Shown here: one piece after another, positions 1 to 11,297 of the stretch | How positions within the stretch are numbered: the first letter of the stretch is position 1 | How the letters are laid out: each line of letters opens with the position of its first letter | Source: Octopus bimaculoides | Taxonomy: Eukaryota | Assembly: GCF_001194135.2 (NCBI RefSeq) | Contig: NC_069005.1 | Location: 31,343,793 to 31,407,792, forward strand | Length of the DNA stretch: 64,000 nt | Reading direction: 5' to 3' | Program-made: the position numbers and the translations under genes | Notes under the pieces: generated by a model | What the model was told of the DNA's origin: nothing | Databases searched by the model: none | What the model saw: the letters and a program-made list of their open reading frames with translations, nothing else

Positions 1-34
<34 letters not shown>

Positions 35-43
35 GAGTATGTA

Positions 44-83
<40 letters not shown>

Positions 84-487
84 CAAACAGACTCCAAAGA
101 GACTGCTGTTGGTTTGTGTAGGCTAGACTTGTATTTTTTAGTACTGAGCCTTTTTTTATCGATTTTTCTGTTTGTGTATGTATGTATACATGAACACACA
201 TGTTCATCCGTGTTAGTTAACCATGTTAGTTTGATGTGCGTTGGTTTAACAGTCGGTTGTTGAACAATGAATACTGAGTATCATATCTATATTTTAGTAG
301 TATGGAGTGCATTCTGTGTTAAGGTATATGACTGTGATAGATTATTTTTAGATAACAACAACCAACTATTTATTTATATAATACCATTTTACACCAGATA
401 TATATACCCTCATTATGACAATAAACAACATCAACAATGGTTGAAGTTTAATAACAGGAACTAAAAAAAAAAAAGAGAGAAACATAT

Positions 488-880
488 TTAATAGTAATCT
501 TCAAAGGTCATGAATCCGTGTCGGTTATGCTGGTGTGTAATACCATAAGTGGCGTTTCGCTGCAAGGGACCAAACGCAGTCAACACAGGTAAACGGTATG
601 ACGAGGTCATGAAGTTTGAATGGCTGTAGAAGTTATCTGGAACTTTCACAATCCTGTTCAGTGCTCGTGTTCGAAGAGTCTCTGTATCAGGCTTGCCGTT
701 GACAAAGAATCTTTTGTTGATTGGCCAGTCTTTGCCCTCTTTTGTCCATTCAGCCACAGACGACATGTTCAGCTGGAAATTGTTGGGTGTCCAGCAAACT
801 TCAGGTGCAACGTGATGTGGCTTCATTTCTTCTTTCTTCAGGTGAGGATCATTAAAGTCATGCCATTTATCCATCCATAT
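488..880 (-). CDS. Orphan gene A, terminal coding exon (IWMDKWHDFNDPHL...HGFMTFEDYY*)
   Basis: Acceptor ttatttgcAG at 881-882. 131 open codons end at TAA 488-490. Composition is non-repetitive. Phase 0 matches the upstream exon. No family recognised. Confidence 0.75.
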   Translation of the reverse strand: MWMDKWHDFNDPHLKKEEMKPHHVAPEVCWTPNNFQLNMSSVAEWTKEGKDWPINKRFFVNGKPDTETLRTRALNRIVKVPDNFYSHSNFMTSSYRLPVLTAFGPLQRNATYGITHQHNRHGFMTFEDYY

Positions 881-918
881 CTGCAAATAATTATTATCTT
901 TATCATCATAAACAACAC

Positions 919-960
<42 letters not shown>

Positions 961-1175
961 GAAGGCAGTTCTCTGGCAAAGTCGTTAGCACGCTGGGTGA
1001 AATGCTTAGTGGTATTTCGTCTGATGATGCATTTTCAGTTCAAATTCCGCCAAGGTCGACTTTTCCTGTCATCTTTTGGGGTTGATAAATTAAGTACCAG
1101 TGAAACACTGGGGGTTGCTATAATTGGCTAGTCTCCTCCCCACAAATTCCAGGCCTTGTGCCTTTAGAAGAAAGG

Positions 1176-1179
<4 letters not shown>

Positions 1180-1213
<34 letters not shown>

Positions 1214-1372
1214 TACTACTACTACTACTACTACTACTATTATTATTGTTGTTGTTGTTATTACTACTACTACTACTACTATTAATGTTGTTGTTGTTGT
1301 TGTTATTACTACTACTACTAATATTGTTGTAGTAGTGGCGGTGGTGGCGGCAGCAACAGCAGCAATAGTAAG
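1180..1372. repeat. Compound trinucleotide array (TAT)n-(TAC)n-(TGT)n-(GGC/CAG)
   Basis: Read directly. It grows from the (TAT)n tail of the SINE at 966-1180. Confidence 0.95.
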
Positions 1373-1406
1373 GTGGCAACAGAGAGAATCGTTAGCATGC
1401 CATCTT

Positions 1407-1443
<37 letters not shown>

Positions 1444-1712
1444 GTATCAAATTGAGGAATGATTACTCAATAGTTGGAAGTACAGTGTAAGCATTTACAA
1501 TATCAACATCTCTTCATACCGACACCCTAGGTTTCCTGTCAGCAGAGTTAAACAACTGATATTTCTTCAGTCAGAAACAAAAAAAACATTGTAGCTAAAT
1601 AACAAAGTTTTCTTGCACAGATGCAAAGGTTTTCAAAGGAGATGGGGTTTTAATCCATTACATAATTCATTTGATAAGACAAAAAGCAAAGATTAGAAAC
1701 TGCAATATTTAC

Positions 1713-1764
1713 TTGATATGAGTTCTTGGAATTTGAGGCTGTGAATTTCTTTGGTCGAAATGGA
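1713..1764 (-). CDS. Orphan gene A, internal exon (PFRPKKFTASNSKNSYQ)
   Basis: Acceptor aatgttttcAG (1765-66) and donor GTAAAT. 52 nt = 1 + 17 codons, in frame with both neighbours. Confidence 0.6.
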
Positions 1765-2399
1765 CTGAAAACATTAAGAAATTTAATGTTGAGGATGAAA
1801 CGATGAAATTCAATGGGAAGAAGGATATGAAAACTTTTTTTTTATAATATTTACAACCAACAGACAGATAGCTAGATAGATAGACATATAGATGCATAAA
1901 TACATATTTAGATACATAAGTAAATAGACAGTCAAGTGGCCTTTTTCTGGATGTGGCCCAAGATATCTGTGAATGGGCAGCTGCAGGATAATTTCTGCAT
2001 CATGATCCCCGGCTGAGTTTTGTAGAATATCAGAAACTGTTGTAGGCTGAAATATCACCTGTCCCTAAAGGGAAGACTTATTCTTTGAGGACCAGTCCTA
2101 GCTATTACTAATGATGTGATTTCACCAGAGGAGATCCTCAGTTATAGTGAGACCCAGTTGTAGCTGGGTGCTACTCGTGTTTAGAGGAGATGTAGTGCAG
2201 TGGTATTTTCTTGATATGAGTAGTGCTTGATTGGTTTTCCTGCTAAAAGAGACAAAGTTGATAGGCCCCACTGAAGGATGTTTTCATGGCCCTCATTCAT
2301 AGATTTATTGTAGGTTTAGCACTTAGTGTCTAGGTAGCATGTGGATGACACATGGTTAGGGAAGGTAAGAAAGAAATATGAGGTCGTGCCATTTGCATA

Positions 2400-2449
2400 T
2401 GTGAAGAGTAAGAGATAAGGAAACATATACACAGAGACAGACACATACA

Positions 2450-2507
<58 letters not shown>

Positions 2508-2706
2508 CTGAAATACATCTGTGAATGTATCCTTATCTATTTTTCTCCCCATACACACACCCACACATATATATGTATGTATGTTTGTATTATGCACACA
2601 CACACTATATACATGTGTGTGTGTGTGTGTATTATGTATGTATGTATGTATGTATGTATGCACACATACGCAATATATATATGTATCTGTGTATGCACAC
2701 ACATAC

Positions 2707-2756
<50 letters not shown>

Positions 2757-2810
2757 CGTATGTATGCACATACACACAATGTATATACTGAGAAAGAGAG
2801 AGAAAAAGAG
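2400..2810. repeat. Compound (TA)/(CA)/(TG)/(TATG) microsatellite field (similar fields at 6850-7040, 10215-10380, 37040-37230, 47370-47650 and 50250-50500)
   Basis: Read directly. Confidence 0.95.
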
Positions 2811-2929
2811 ACAAGTGAGAGATACATACTTCCCCATACAAAACATGCATGGTGATATAAAAATGAGGAAGAGAAAATATTAGAGGAATATCAACCAAGA
2901 AATAATTTGATGTGGTTTTATTTCTTCAC

Positions 2930-3040
2930 CTTAACATTTCCTCCATTGTAATGTATCTTGGTACGATGGGCGGCAGATTTCTCCAGTATGGATTCCGTCG
3001 GGATGTATTGCTATGAAATAGTGTATTAGCCATGACAGTA
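2930..3040 (-). CDS. Orphan gene A, exon with candidate start ATG at 3033 (MANTLFHSNTSRRNPYWRNLPPIVPRYITMEEML)
   Basis: Acceptor tattttttgcAG (3041-42) and donor AG|GTGAAG. The frame is open, and AG+T gives Ser across the junction. Starting at 3033 gives a 182-aa protein. Confidence 0.6.
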
Positions 3041-4288
3041 CTGCAAAAAATAAATAACAATTCCATTAATTACATTAATTAAATACATTGATAATTATGT
3101 CAAAAGAATTTCGTTACTTTCTAAGACATGTAATAAATTGTTTTTAATGGCTGAACTCGAAAGAGAAAAGCTACCTTGCACTACCTATAATAACTATTTC
3201 TAATTTCGACACACCAGCAATTTTAATGGGAGGATGGAGTCTAGTCGGTACAAGTAGTTCTCTGGTATTTTATCGTATCGGCACCATTGGAAAGAAAAAT
3301 AAAGCTGACCATGAAAGGACTTGAAGTGAAAACATAAAGAGCCAAAACAAATACCTAAACTCAGTTTTCCCCCCGATGCTCAAACGGTTCTGTCCAAATC
3401 GTGATTAAGACAAGTAAATACATTATTTGTGGCAGTTGCTCCTGTGCCCACGAGCACGTTGGACAGCAAGGTGACGCCACTGGTTTTTTTGTTGGTTGTG
3501 GCTTTCGCTGCATTCAGCCATGTTATACTGGCCTCTCGCATGACGGTCATCAATGTTAAGGCGCCACGATGTTTGCAGTCTTCTTCTCTTTCTTTTTTCC
3601 TTCTATCAGTGTCCACTTAAAACCTGAATTAGAATGGCATTGTTCTTGGTAGCCGTAGTAAGTGACCTGCTAGTTTTAATCTTAGTTGTTATGATTTCGT
3701 CAAGTGGTCTTGTGATGGCTCCTTTTACAATGTCTCCGTTGGTAAAGACAACAGCAAAAATAACAACGGAAGCACATAACGTAAATAAACAACCTGGATT
3801 TAACGTTCAATGATTAAAATCTTTAAAAAAAAAACGTACATTCCACAAACCTTGTCTTTCTATATTTCTCTCTTCCTTTCTTTCTTTTCTATTCTCGAAA
3901 TTTACAACAATGAAATATGATAATTTCCTCTAACTGCGGTGAAACTTCCAAATTGCTTGAAAAGTCTTGTGAGAGTGACGTCCACCTGATTTATCTAATC
4001 ACTATGGCAACAATAAAACAAATAGCGATGCTTAGCAGCCACGAGAGTGGCTTCCCTTCGTTTCCTTTTTTTGTTTGTTTGATTTTTAAGATATTTTTTT
4101 CAATGCCCTGGTAACGGAGAGATAAACAAACAAAGCAGTAAATAAATGAATCTAAGTGTATATCAACATACACACGTGCAAGTTGGTCATAACTGCAGAT
4201 TGTTCGATGTTTTGTTTTCTGTATGGTGTGTAAGAGATTTTGGTAGGTATGTTAATAAGATTTTTACTTTAAATTTTATTAAGGTTAC

Positions 4289-4367
<79 letters not shown>

Positions 4368-4502
4368 TATTTTGCGTTCAGTGTGGACGACGTGCGGCGG
4401 TCATACCGACTCCCAATTATTACAACAGATTTTACGTGTACTTCTAACGAACTGAGCATATTGCGGTTTTACAGAACATAAATTCTACACACACAGAGAA
4501 AC

Positions 4503-4958
4503 NNNNNNNNNNNNNNNNNNNNNNNNNNNNNNNNNNNNNNNNNNNNNNNNNNNNNNNNNNNNNNNNNNNNNNNNNNNNNNNNNNNNNNNNNNNNNNNNNN
4601 NNNNNNNNNNNNNNNNNNNNNNNNNNNNNNNNNNNNNNNNNNNNNNNNNNNNNNNNNNNNNNNNNNNNNNNNNNNNNNNNNNNNNNNNNNNNNNNNNNNN
4701 NNNNNNNNNNNNNNNNNNNNNNNNNNNNNNNNNNNNNNNNNNNNNNNNNNNNNNNNNNNNNNNNNNNNNNNNNNNNNNNNNNNNNNNNNNNNNNNNNNNN
4801 NNNNNNNNNNNNNNNNNNNNNNNNNNNNNNNNNNNNNNNNNNNNNNNNNNNNNNNNNNNNNNNNNNNNNNNNNNNNNNNNNNNNNNNNNNNNNNNNNNNN
4901 NNNNNNNNNNNNNNNNNNNNNNNNNNNNNNNNNNNNNNNNNNNNNNNNNNNNNNNNNN
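4503..4958. other. Assembly gap (others: 15146-15253, 29250-29318, 37699-37903, 51065-51310, 53406-53663, 57632-58244, 59349-59418, 61487-61496)
   Basis: Runs of N, mostly abutting microsatellites. Confidence 0.99.
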
Positions 4959-6014
4959 TATATATATATATATATTCCGACACATTATATACATATGTAC
5001 ACAATATTGGGTGGCCTTTGACTCTATGAGTTACACCGCTCGTTGTTTTTTTTTATCTTACTTGGTGGCCAAAAAGAACCCTCCTCACCAAACAAGCTTA
5101 AATGGCTTGCCGGTGTTGCCGGTTTAATCACCGACGACCTGACCATGCGGTAGGTTGTACATGTTACCAGCAGCACTTTGGACCGACCTGAGGTATAAGG
5201 GTGTGATGAAACGCAAGTTAAAATTTGGGGGTGGGGGTTAATTTGGATGTCTGGTTGAAAGCCGTATATCGTGGAGAGAGACTTAACAAGTGGAGTTGTG
5301 GTGACATTGAGCAAAAGTGAATGGAGAATGCTTTCTTAAAGAGTAAAGTGCATTTAATGTCAGGTGAGCCACGGAGAAACCAAGCTTCTTGCAGGAGGGT
5401 ACATTTGTACTTACGAATGGAATGTTGCATTTCTCTTTTAAGTACAAATGTACTGCGGTGCCGTAGATATTGTAAGAGGGGATGTGAAGGTAAATGAGGA
5501 AGGTGAAATATTGTATCTGAAGAAATCAGGGGAAAATTAAGTTCCGTTAAGAGAAGTTAAAAGTATTTATGACGGTAAAAAATAAATAAATAAATTTTTA
5601 AGTGTGAAAGTGGTAGATTTTAATAAACTACACAAACTTCAAAAAATCCGAGAAGAAAAAGTTTTTGGAACAATGCATAAAATGCCAAGAATTCTCAGAG
5701 AATTCTCAAGGAAACTCGAAAAATTTTGAAGGCTTTTCACAGTGATGAAGTTATAAAGTTCAAACGTTTTAAAGTCTAACGGTTTAAAGACAGACCGGAC
5801 AGACGGACGGACGGACAGGCAGACAAGCAGACAAGCAGACAGAGGTGGGAGAGAAGACCTACGAGTGGCGTAGGATCTGCTTTGTTGCTAATTGTTCGGT
5901 TAAGTTCACATCCGTTAGAGCTTTCAGATCAAAGGTCCTTTATCAGACGTTTAATTTTGCCTTAAATGATGGTTATTGCCGGCGTTGGTCAAAGGAAGCT
6001 GTATATGAATTTCT

Positions 6015-6240
6015 AGCCATCGAGTTCATTCCGGCGGTTAAAGCTGGATGTTCTCTTTTTAATGAAGTCTACCTCCTTTATTCTGAGGTTGACTGCATAC
6101 GTTCCTCTTGTCAGTATACGGATGGAGAAGTCTCCACCGCAATGTTGGTGGTGTTGGAAAATGGCGCTGAGCTAGTGTGTTCCTTCATTCTGATGTGAAG
6201 CTGTCTTTTTGTCGATCCTCTCGTCTTATTTTTTTTCACC
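6015..6240 (-). mobile_element. Penelope-like element GIY-YIG endonuclease remnant (frameshifted)
   Basis: Minus-strand peptides GSTKRQLHIRMKEH and, in another frame, SAIFQHHQHCGGDFSIRIL...LRIKEVDFIKKRTSSFNRRNEL match the PLE Uri/GIY-YIG pattern (T-x-R-x-L-x-x-R-x-x-EH ... R-x-x-E-x-x-x-I ... NR). Confidence 0.6.
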
Positions 6241-6324
6241 TTGTCTTTTGTTCATGAGTACTTTGAGATCAACTTATTTCACCCTCCTTTTTACCTTTCC
6301 AACTTCTTGTCTTTCTATACTAGA

Positions 6325-6840
6325 GCATGCATACACAAAAACTGGGTATTCGAAGCATCAGATGTAGTGTGCAAGAGAGAAGACTGTGCTGGTACGGTCA
6401 TGTAATGCATATGGATAAAGACAGTTGCATCAAGAAACGTTGATTTCTAATTGTGGCGGGAACATGTTGAAGGGGTAGACCCAGGGATACTTGGGATGAA
6501 TTGGTGAGAAAGGATCTTGAAACGTTGGGTCCGCACAGAAGGGATGACAAGGGACCCAGACACCGGACAGTTTCCTGTGCTTGAGAAGACACGTCAAGTT
6601 GAGTAAAATTGTGGTTGCCCTTGCATACAGGCATGTCCCTTACATCCCTCTTCAGGTGAGCTATCCTAATCTTGCGGTCTCATGGGTGCTGATCTCACGT
6701 AAAAAGCACTCGTGTCAGTGTCACGTAAGAGCCAGTGCTGCGTAAAAGCACGCAGTACACTCTATAAAGTGGAAACCATGCCAATTCATGCCAGTATGGG
6801 AAACGGACGTTAAATTATGATGATGATGACGATGATGATG
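6325..6840 (+). mobile_element. RTE-clade LINE 3' fragment with 3' UTR/(GAT)n tail
   Basis: KLGIRSIRCSVQERRLCWYGHVMHMDKDSCIKKR...RGRPRDTWDELVRKDL resembles the RTE ORF C-terminus (RRLxWYGHV, GRP-x-x-x-W). Contains stops and frameshifts. Confidence 0.8.
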
Positions 6841-7334
6841 ATAATGTGTATACACACATACACACACAGATATATATATTTATATGTATGTATGCATCGT
6901 ATAACGTCCATGAGTGTGTATACATACATACATACATACATACATACATACATACATACATACATACATGCATACATACATATATACGTACGTACATACA
7001 TTCTGCCCATAATTGAGATATATATACATAAATACACATTTATATAAAACTTATTCAACCCTACAAACTCTTTTGTATTCATTAAACTTTCTTTAAAAAT
7101 ATTTCACGCTCTCCCTTACCTTTATTCTCTTTAAGATTGCTAACATGTCTGCTGAGCGTCAATTTTTATCCGTTTCTGCTAAGCTACCAAAAGAGTGGTA
7201 AGTACACCTACTCCACTATGTGTGCGTGTGTGCGTGTATCCTTTATACATACATACATACATACATACTTACATACATACGTACGTACGTACGAACGAAC
7301 GTACGTTCGTTCGTTCGTTCTTTATTAGAGTAAA

Positions 7335-7614
7335 GATTTTCTTAACTCCTTAACGTAGTTTTCGGTTAGATTCAGCGCTACACAGAGTGTGACAAGGCTG
7401 GCCCTTTGAAATACAGGTACAACAGAAAGAGAAAGAAAGATTGAGAGAAAATTGTGGTGATAGAGTACAGCAGGATTCATCACCACCCCCTGCCGGAGCT
7501 TCGTGGATATGTAGGTGTTTTCGCTCAATAAACACTCACAACGCCCGGTCTGGGAATCGAAACCGCGATCCTATGACCGCGAGTCCGCTGCTCTAACTTC
7601 TGGGCCATTGCGTC
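7335..7614 (-). mobile_element. tRNA-derived SINE (head near-identical to 27907-28026)
   Basis: Reverse complement shows an A-box (TGGCCCAG..) and B-box (GGTTTCGATTCCC), followed by a non-tRNA body. Confidence 0.85.
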
Positions 7615-7822
7615 ACATACATACACACATACATACCACATACATGAGAACATATATAATGCACACACATACAGATATACATACATGCATACACACACAC
7701 AATGTTTTCAATCAGTGATCGAAAATGTCGTATATATGGGGGAAAAAGCGTAAAAGAAAATATAATCGTACAAAATTAATTAATCTGAACCAGACGAAAT
7801 CTGAAATGTTTTATCGTTACAG

Positions 7823-7880
7823 GCAGCCGCATTTGTATGAATGGAATCCTTATCATTGTAGCTATCCAGACGTCGCGAAG
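7823..7880 (+). CDS. Orphan gene B, candidate exon (QPHLYEWNPYHCSYPDVAK)
   Basis: Acceptor ttatcgttacAG and donor AAG|GTATTG. 58 nt, ending in phase 0. Confidence 0.4.
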
Positions 7881-7950
7881 GTATTGCAGGATATTTTGTC
7901 AACTCACTCGTTTTATTCCATCTATTTTACTCTTTCGTATATATGTACAG

Positions 7951-8053
7951 TATCCATTGTTGCATTGGTCTGATAGAATTATCATCGTTGTTGTAGTTGC
8001 GGGCTCTAGATTTTGTGGTGTTTGCTGGAACCACTTCATTTGGGGGTTTTACG
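7951..8053 (+). CDS. Orphan gene B, candidate exon (YPLLHWSDRIIIVVVVAGSRFCGVCWNHFIWGFY)
   Basis: Acceptor tatatgtacAG. Only frame 0 is open. The donor G|GTACCG is weak, but its phase fits the next exon. Confidence 0.3.
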
Positions 8054-8213
8054 GTACCGACTAAGTTTCTGCCGTGTCACTGTTTGCAGGTCCTTTGGGG
8101 CTGGAAGTAAAGAGCAGAATTAGTCTGCAAGAAAGCGCTGTACCCATGCTTTGGTTTTGTGTAATCCCTCGGAGACTCGGAATGACTGTACTATTGATGT
8201 TAGTATTTAACAG

Positions 8214-8251
8214 ATGCAGGTCGATGTAACTGCAGGAGATACATGGACAAG
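8214..8251 (+). CDS. Orphan gene B, candidate exon (AGRCNCRRYMDK; possible start ATG 8243)
   Basis: Acceptor gtatttaacAG and donor AAG|GTGGGA. Phase-0 end matches the 9226 exon. Confidence 0.4.
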
Positions 8252-8369
8252 GTGGGAGTTCCAGAAGGTTGACGTTGTGGGAGCGAAGGATTGTGAAAAG
8301 TTATTATTGCAGGACTAGAATGTGGGTATACACAACATTGATGAAAACAAAAAGGAACTTAGTAGGACT

Positions 8370-8580
8370 AGATGGTGATGGCTGGAGACAGACCAACCGT
8401 ATGAGACAGGGGCCACTGCAAAAGCCAAAAAAAAAAAGCTGCAGAGAGAAGAGACATAATATCAAACACATTGATTATGTTCTCTTCAAATTTGTTCAGA
8501 GTCCATGCTTCGTAACCATAAATATGCGAGTAAATACAGTAATGTATAATCTGTCCGTAATTCCATTGGTGAAATTTGTA
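8370..8580 (-). mobile_element. RTE-like LINE fragment
   Basis: Minus-strand peptide IYGYEAWTLNKFEENIINVFD matches the RTE post-RT motif LYGxExWT. Followed by a short 3' UTR-like tail. Confidence 0.65.
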
Positions 8581-9225
8581 GATATCGGGACTGGTATTTA
8601 GTGACATGAGACCAGCCAGTTCCGAAGAGGAGATGCTATTGTCGTGGAAGCAGCAATGGTAGAAGGAGAGAGCAAGCCAATGGGTCAAATATCAGAGTAT
8701 ATGTCTGTGAATGACTTCACACCAATAAGTCCGATTACCTTTAGGTGGACGTGATCTAGAATATCTGAGTACACCGCAGCACTGCCCAAGATATGGCAGT
8801 AATATTCCATTCCATTGTTTTTTGTTTTGGCTATGGACTTTACGTTTCATTTGTTGGGTGTGGAGGAAGGGGTGGTGCCTATGGCCTTTGTAAATTAGGA
8901 TTAATTCTTATTTCCGAACTGCCATCACTCTCTCTGCTCTTCCTCTCCATATTCCACTTTCTTATAACGACGGACTTCGTTTCCCCTTCCATCTCTCTCC
9001 TCCTCTCTCGTTTCATCCCTTCCCTTCTCTTTGTTCTCCTTCTCTCTTTCTTTTCTTCTCTTATCTCACCCTCTCTCTATATATATAATTCCCACAATAT
9101 TCCTCTATCCAAAACGAAAATCGACCACGTTAACCTCCAAACCAATCTGAATTTTTTTTTTTTTAATTAATTAATTAATTCTAAGAAATCCTTATTTATT
9201 GAAGATATTGACACTTTTATTTCAG

Positions 9226-9331
9226 AGGGGTTGGCAAAAATGGTCAGCTGACCACCCCGACTGGTTAAGCCCTCGAGCTACATCGCATCACGTCCATTGG
9301 TTCAACAGGAAAATCAACAATATCCGACGAG
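9226..9331 (+). CDS. Orphan gene B, internal exon (RGWQKWSADHPDWLSPRATSHHVHWFNRKINNIRR)
   Basis: Acceptor cttttatttcAG and donor G|GTTTGG. Only one frame is open, and its phase 1 matches the terminal exon. Confidence 0.6.
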
Positions 9332-9592
9332 GTTTGGCATTTATTATATGTTTTAACGAGTATGTGTTAATCCCCATGTACCCAGACTTTGTGGACACCC
9401 TGTATTATCAAAAATCTTAGTTGTACAGTACCGAATGTTGAATTTTAGTACAGAGTTATTTTCTATGTCTTCCCTAAATTTTATCTCTCACTTTCCCCAT
9501 TTTTTTTTATCTCTCCATCTCTCTTCTTTTCTCATTCACACACATATCTATTGCTCGAACGCGCTAATAACTCCATTTATTTTTTATCACAG

Positions 9593-9906
9593 CCAACTAC
9601 AAAGCCATGAACTACCACTACGAAAGACCCTCCAAACCTACCAGCCGCTTGCACGATCAGTTCGTCTCCATTAGTGGAGAGGTAATGCCTAAAGAAACCT
9701 CAGTCCCAATGCCTACAATGCAGTTCTTCACGGGGTCGTCAAATTTAAGTTTGGTCAACGATGTTGGACTCCAGAAACCCAAATGGGGTCAGTTCAATCC
9801 AGACTACTATGGGGACCCATATGAACACTTACACCTGCCTCCCCTAAAGTTGGGTGGAAAAGAATACCATCGCAATGAATATATCTCTTACACCGGGGCA
9901 CAATAG
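9593..9906 (+). CDS. Orphan gene B, terminal exon (NYKAMNYHYERP...YHRNEYISYTGAQ*)
   Basis: Acceptor ttttttatcacAG. 104 open codons to TAG. AATAAA at 10023-10028. Confidence 0.7.
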
Positions 9907-10324
9907 GTTTTTCACTTCGTTTCAGCCTCCACAGCTACGGCCATACTGGAGCGCTCCTTTCAAGATGTGTTTGTGATTGCTAAGAAATATACATACAGAA
10001 GTTTTCAAATTTAACCGTTCGCAATAAATTTCTTTTCATAAATCTTCAAAAGTAAACAAGATTTTTAGAAGCGTCGTCTTCTGTCTCTACATATTTTTTC
10101 TATTTTCTTTTATTGATTTCAGTCACTGTATTGCGACCATGCTGGAGCCCTGCCAGCAAGAGTTTTAGTTGGTCATATCAACTTCCCCGGTTCTGCTTTC
10201 AGTGTGAATCTTGTGTATATATATATATATATAACATGTACGTTTGCGTATATATACATATATATAACTATGTATATGTATATATACACATGCACACACA
10301 TATATATGCATACATATATATGTA

Positions 10325-10356
<32 letters not shown>

Positions 10357-10981
10357 CGTATGTGTGTATATATATGAGTTAAGGAATGGAGTAGATAAGA
10401 TCCAGGCTACATATGTTTTATAGCAAGCGGAACCTTGGAAGGGGAGAGTATCCAAGTGAGGTTTATACCGCAGGCTACTAGTCAGGCCAAGAGTATTCTG
10501 ATTAAATGAAAGTTTACGTTGTCGCAAGGAGGAACATGACACGGAAGATTCGATCCACAGTGTTCCACCTCAATAAACCATTCTTGTTCCCGAAAGTTGA
10601 TTTTTTAATATTTACTACGGATTGCTTGAAGCTTACTTTCTTCCTACACCTCGATCCTTGGATCTTACAGTTATTCATATATATATATATATATTGTATA
10701 TATCACGTAAACGACCAGACTGATACACATCACTACTCACAATGCGCTTTGCATTATTTTAGCCATTGAACAACGCCACTCCAGCAGGCTAGGCCAACAT
10801 GCCCACCCTCTCTGATCGAAAAGTGGACTGGAGCAATTTGAAATGGATACTTTACTCAAAACACAACGTGCCGCATAGTCTGAGAACCAAACCCACAATC
10901 TAACAATCATGAGTGGAGCACCCTAACCACTAGGCCACTGTGTGTGTGTGTATATATATATGCACACACACGCACAAGTGA

Positions 10982-11297
10982 AGGCACATGGCTTAGTGGT
11001 TAAGGTAACTGGCTTATGATAGTAAGGTCCTGAGTTCGATTCCCGGCGGTGTATTGTATTCTTGAGCAAGATGCTTTATTTCACATTGTTCCAGTCCACT
11101 CAGCTGGCAAAAATGAGTTGTACCCGTAATTCAAAGGGTCGGCCTTGTTACATTCTGTGTCACGCTGAATCTCCCTGAGAACTATGTTAAGGGTATGTGT
11201 GTCTGTGGAGTGCTCAGCCACTTGCATGTTAATTTCACAAGCCGGCTGTTCCATTGATCGGATCAACTGGAACCCTCGACGTCATAACAGACAGAGC
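10982..11297 (+). mobile_element. Near full-length tRNA-derived SINE (second family)
   Basis: A-box TGGCTTAGTGG and B-box GAGTTCGATTCCC. Partial copies at about 10815-10938(-), 13440-13590, 17200-17390(-), 23400-23580(-) and 34000-34110. Confidence 0.85.

Noticed and set aside
2316-2898. ORFs rich in IYIYIY/THTH/CVCV or poly-I/N/L (also at 39, 1118-1490, 6810-7082, 21569-21852, 36796-37259, 47322-47747 and 51430-51938)
   Set aside because: These are translations of stop-free microsatellites, with no splice or homology support.
4444-5004. ORFs spanning N runs (also at 37.6-38.0, 50.8-51.4, 53.3-53.8 and 57.6-58.3 kb)
   Set aside because: They are open only because N codons are not stops.
3355-5516. 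Possible upstream coding exons of gene A (3355-3389, 3624-3793, 5062-5187, 5415-5516)
   Set aside because: Splice-like sites exist and some phases fit, but donors are weak, alternative frames conflict and the peptides are unconvincing. Left unresolved, possibly UTR.
8214-9331. Reflectin-like 'RYMD' in gene B
   Set aside because: It is a single short match, with no repeated M/F-D-X5 reflectin motifs and low Met content.
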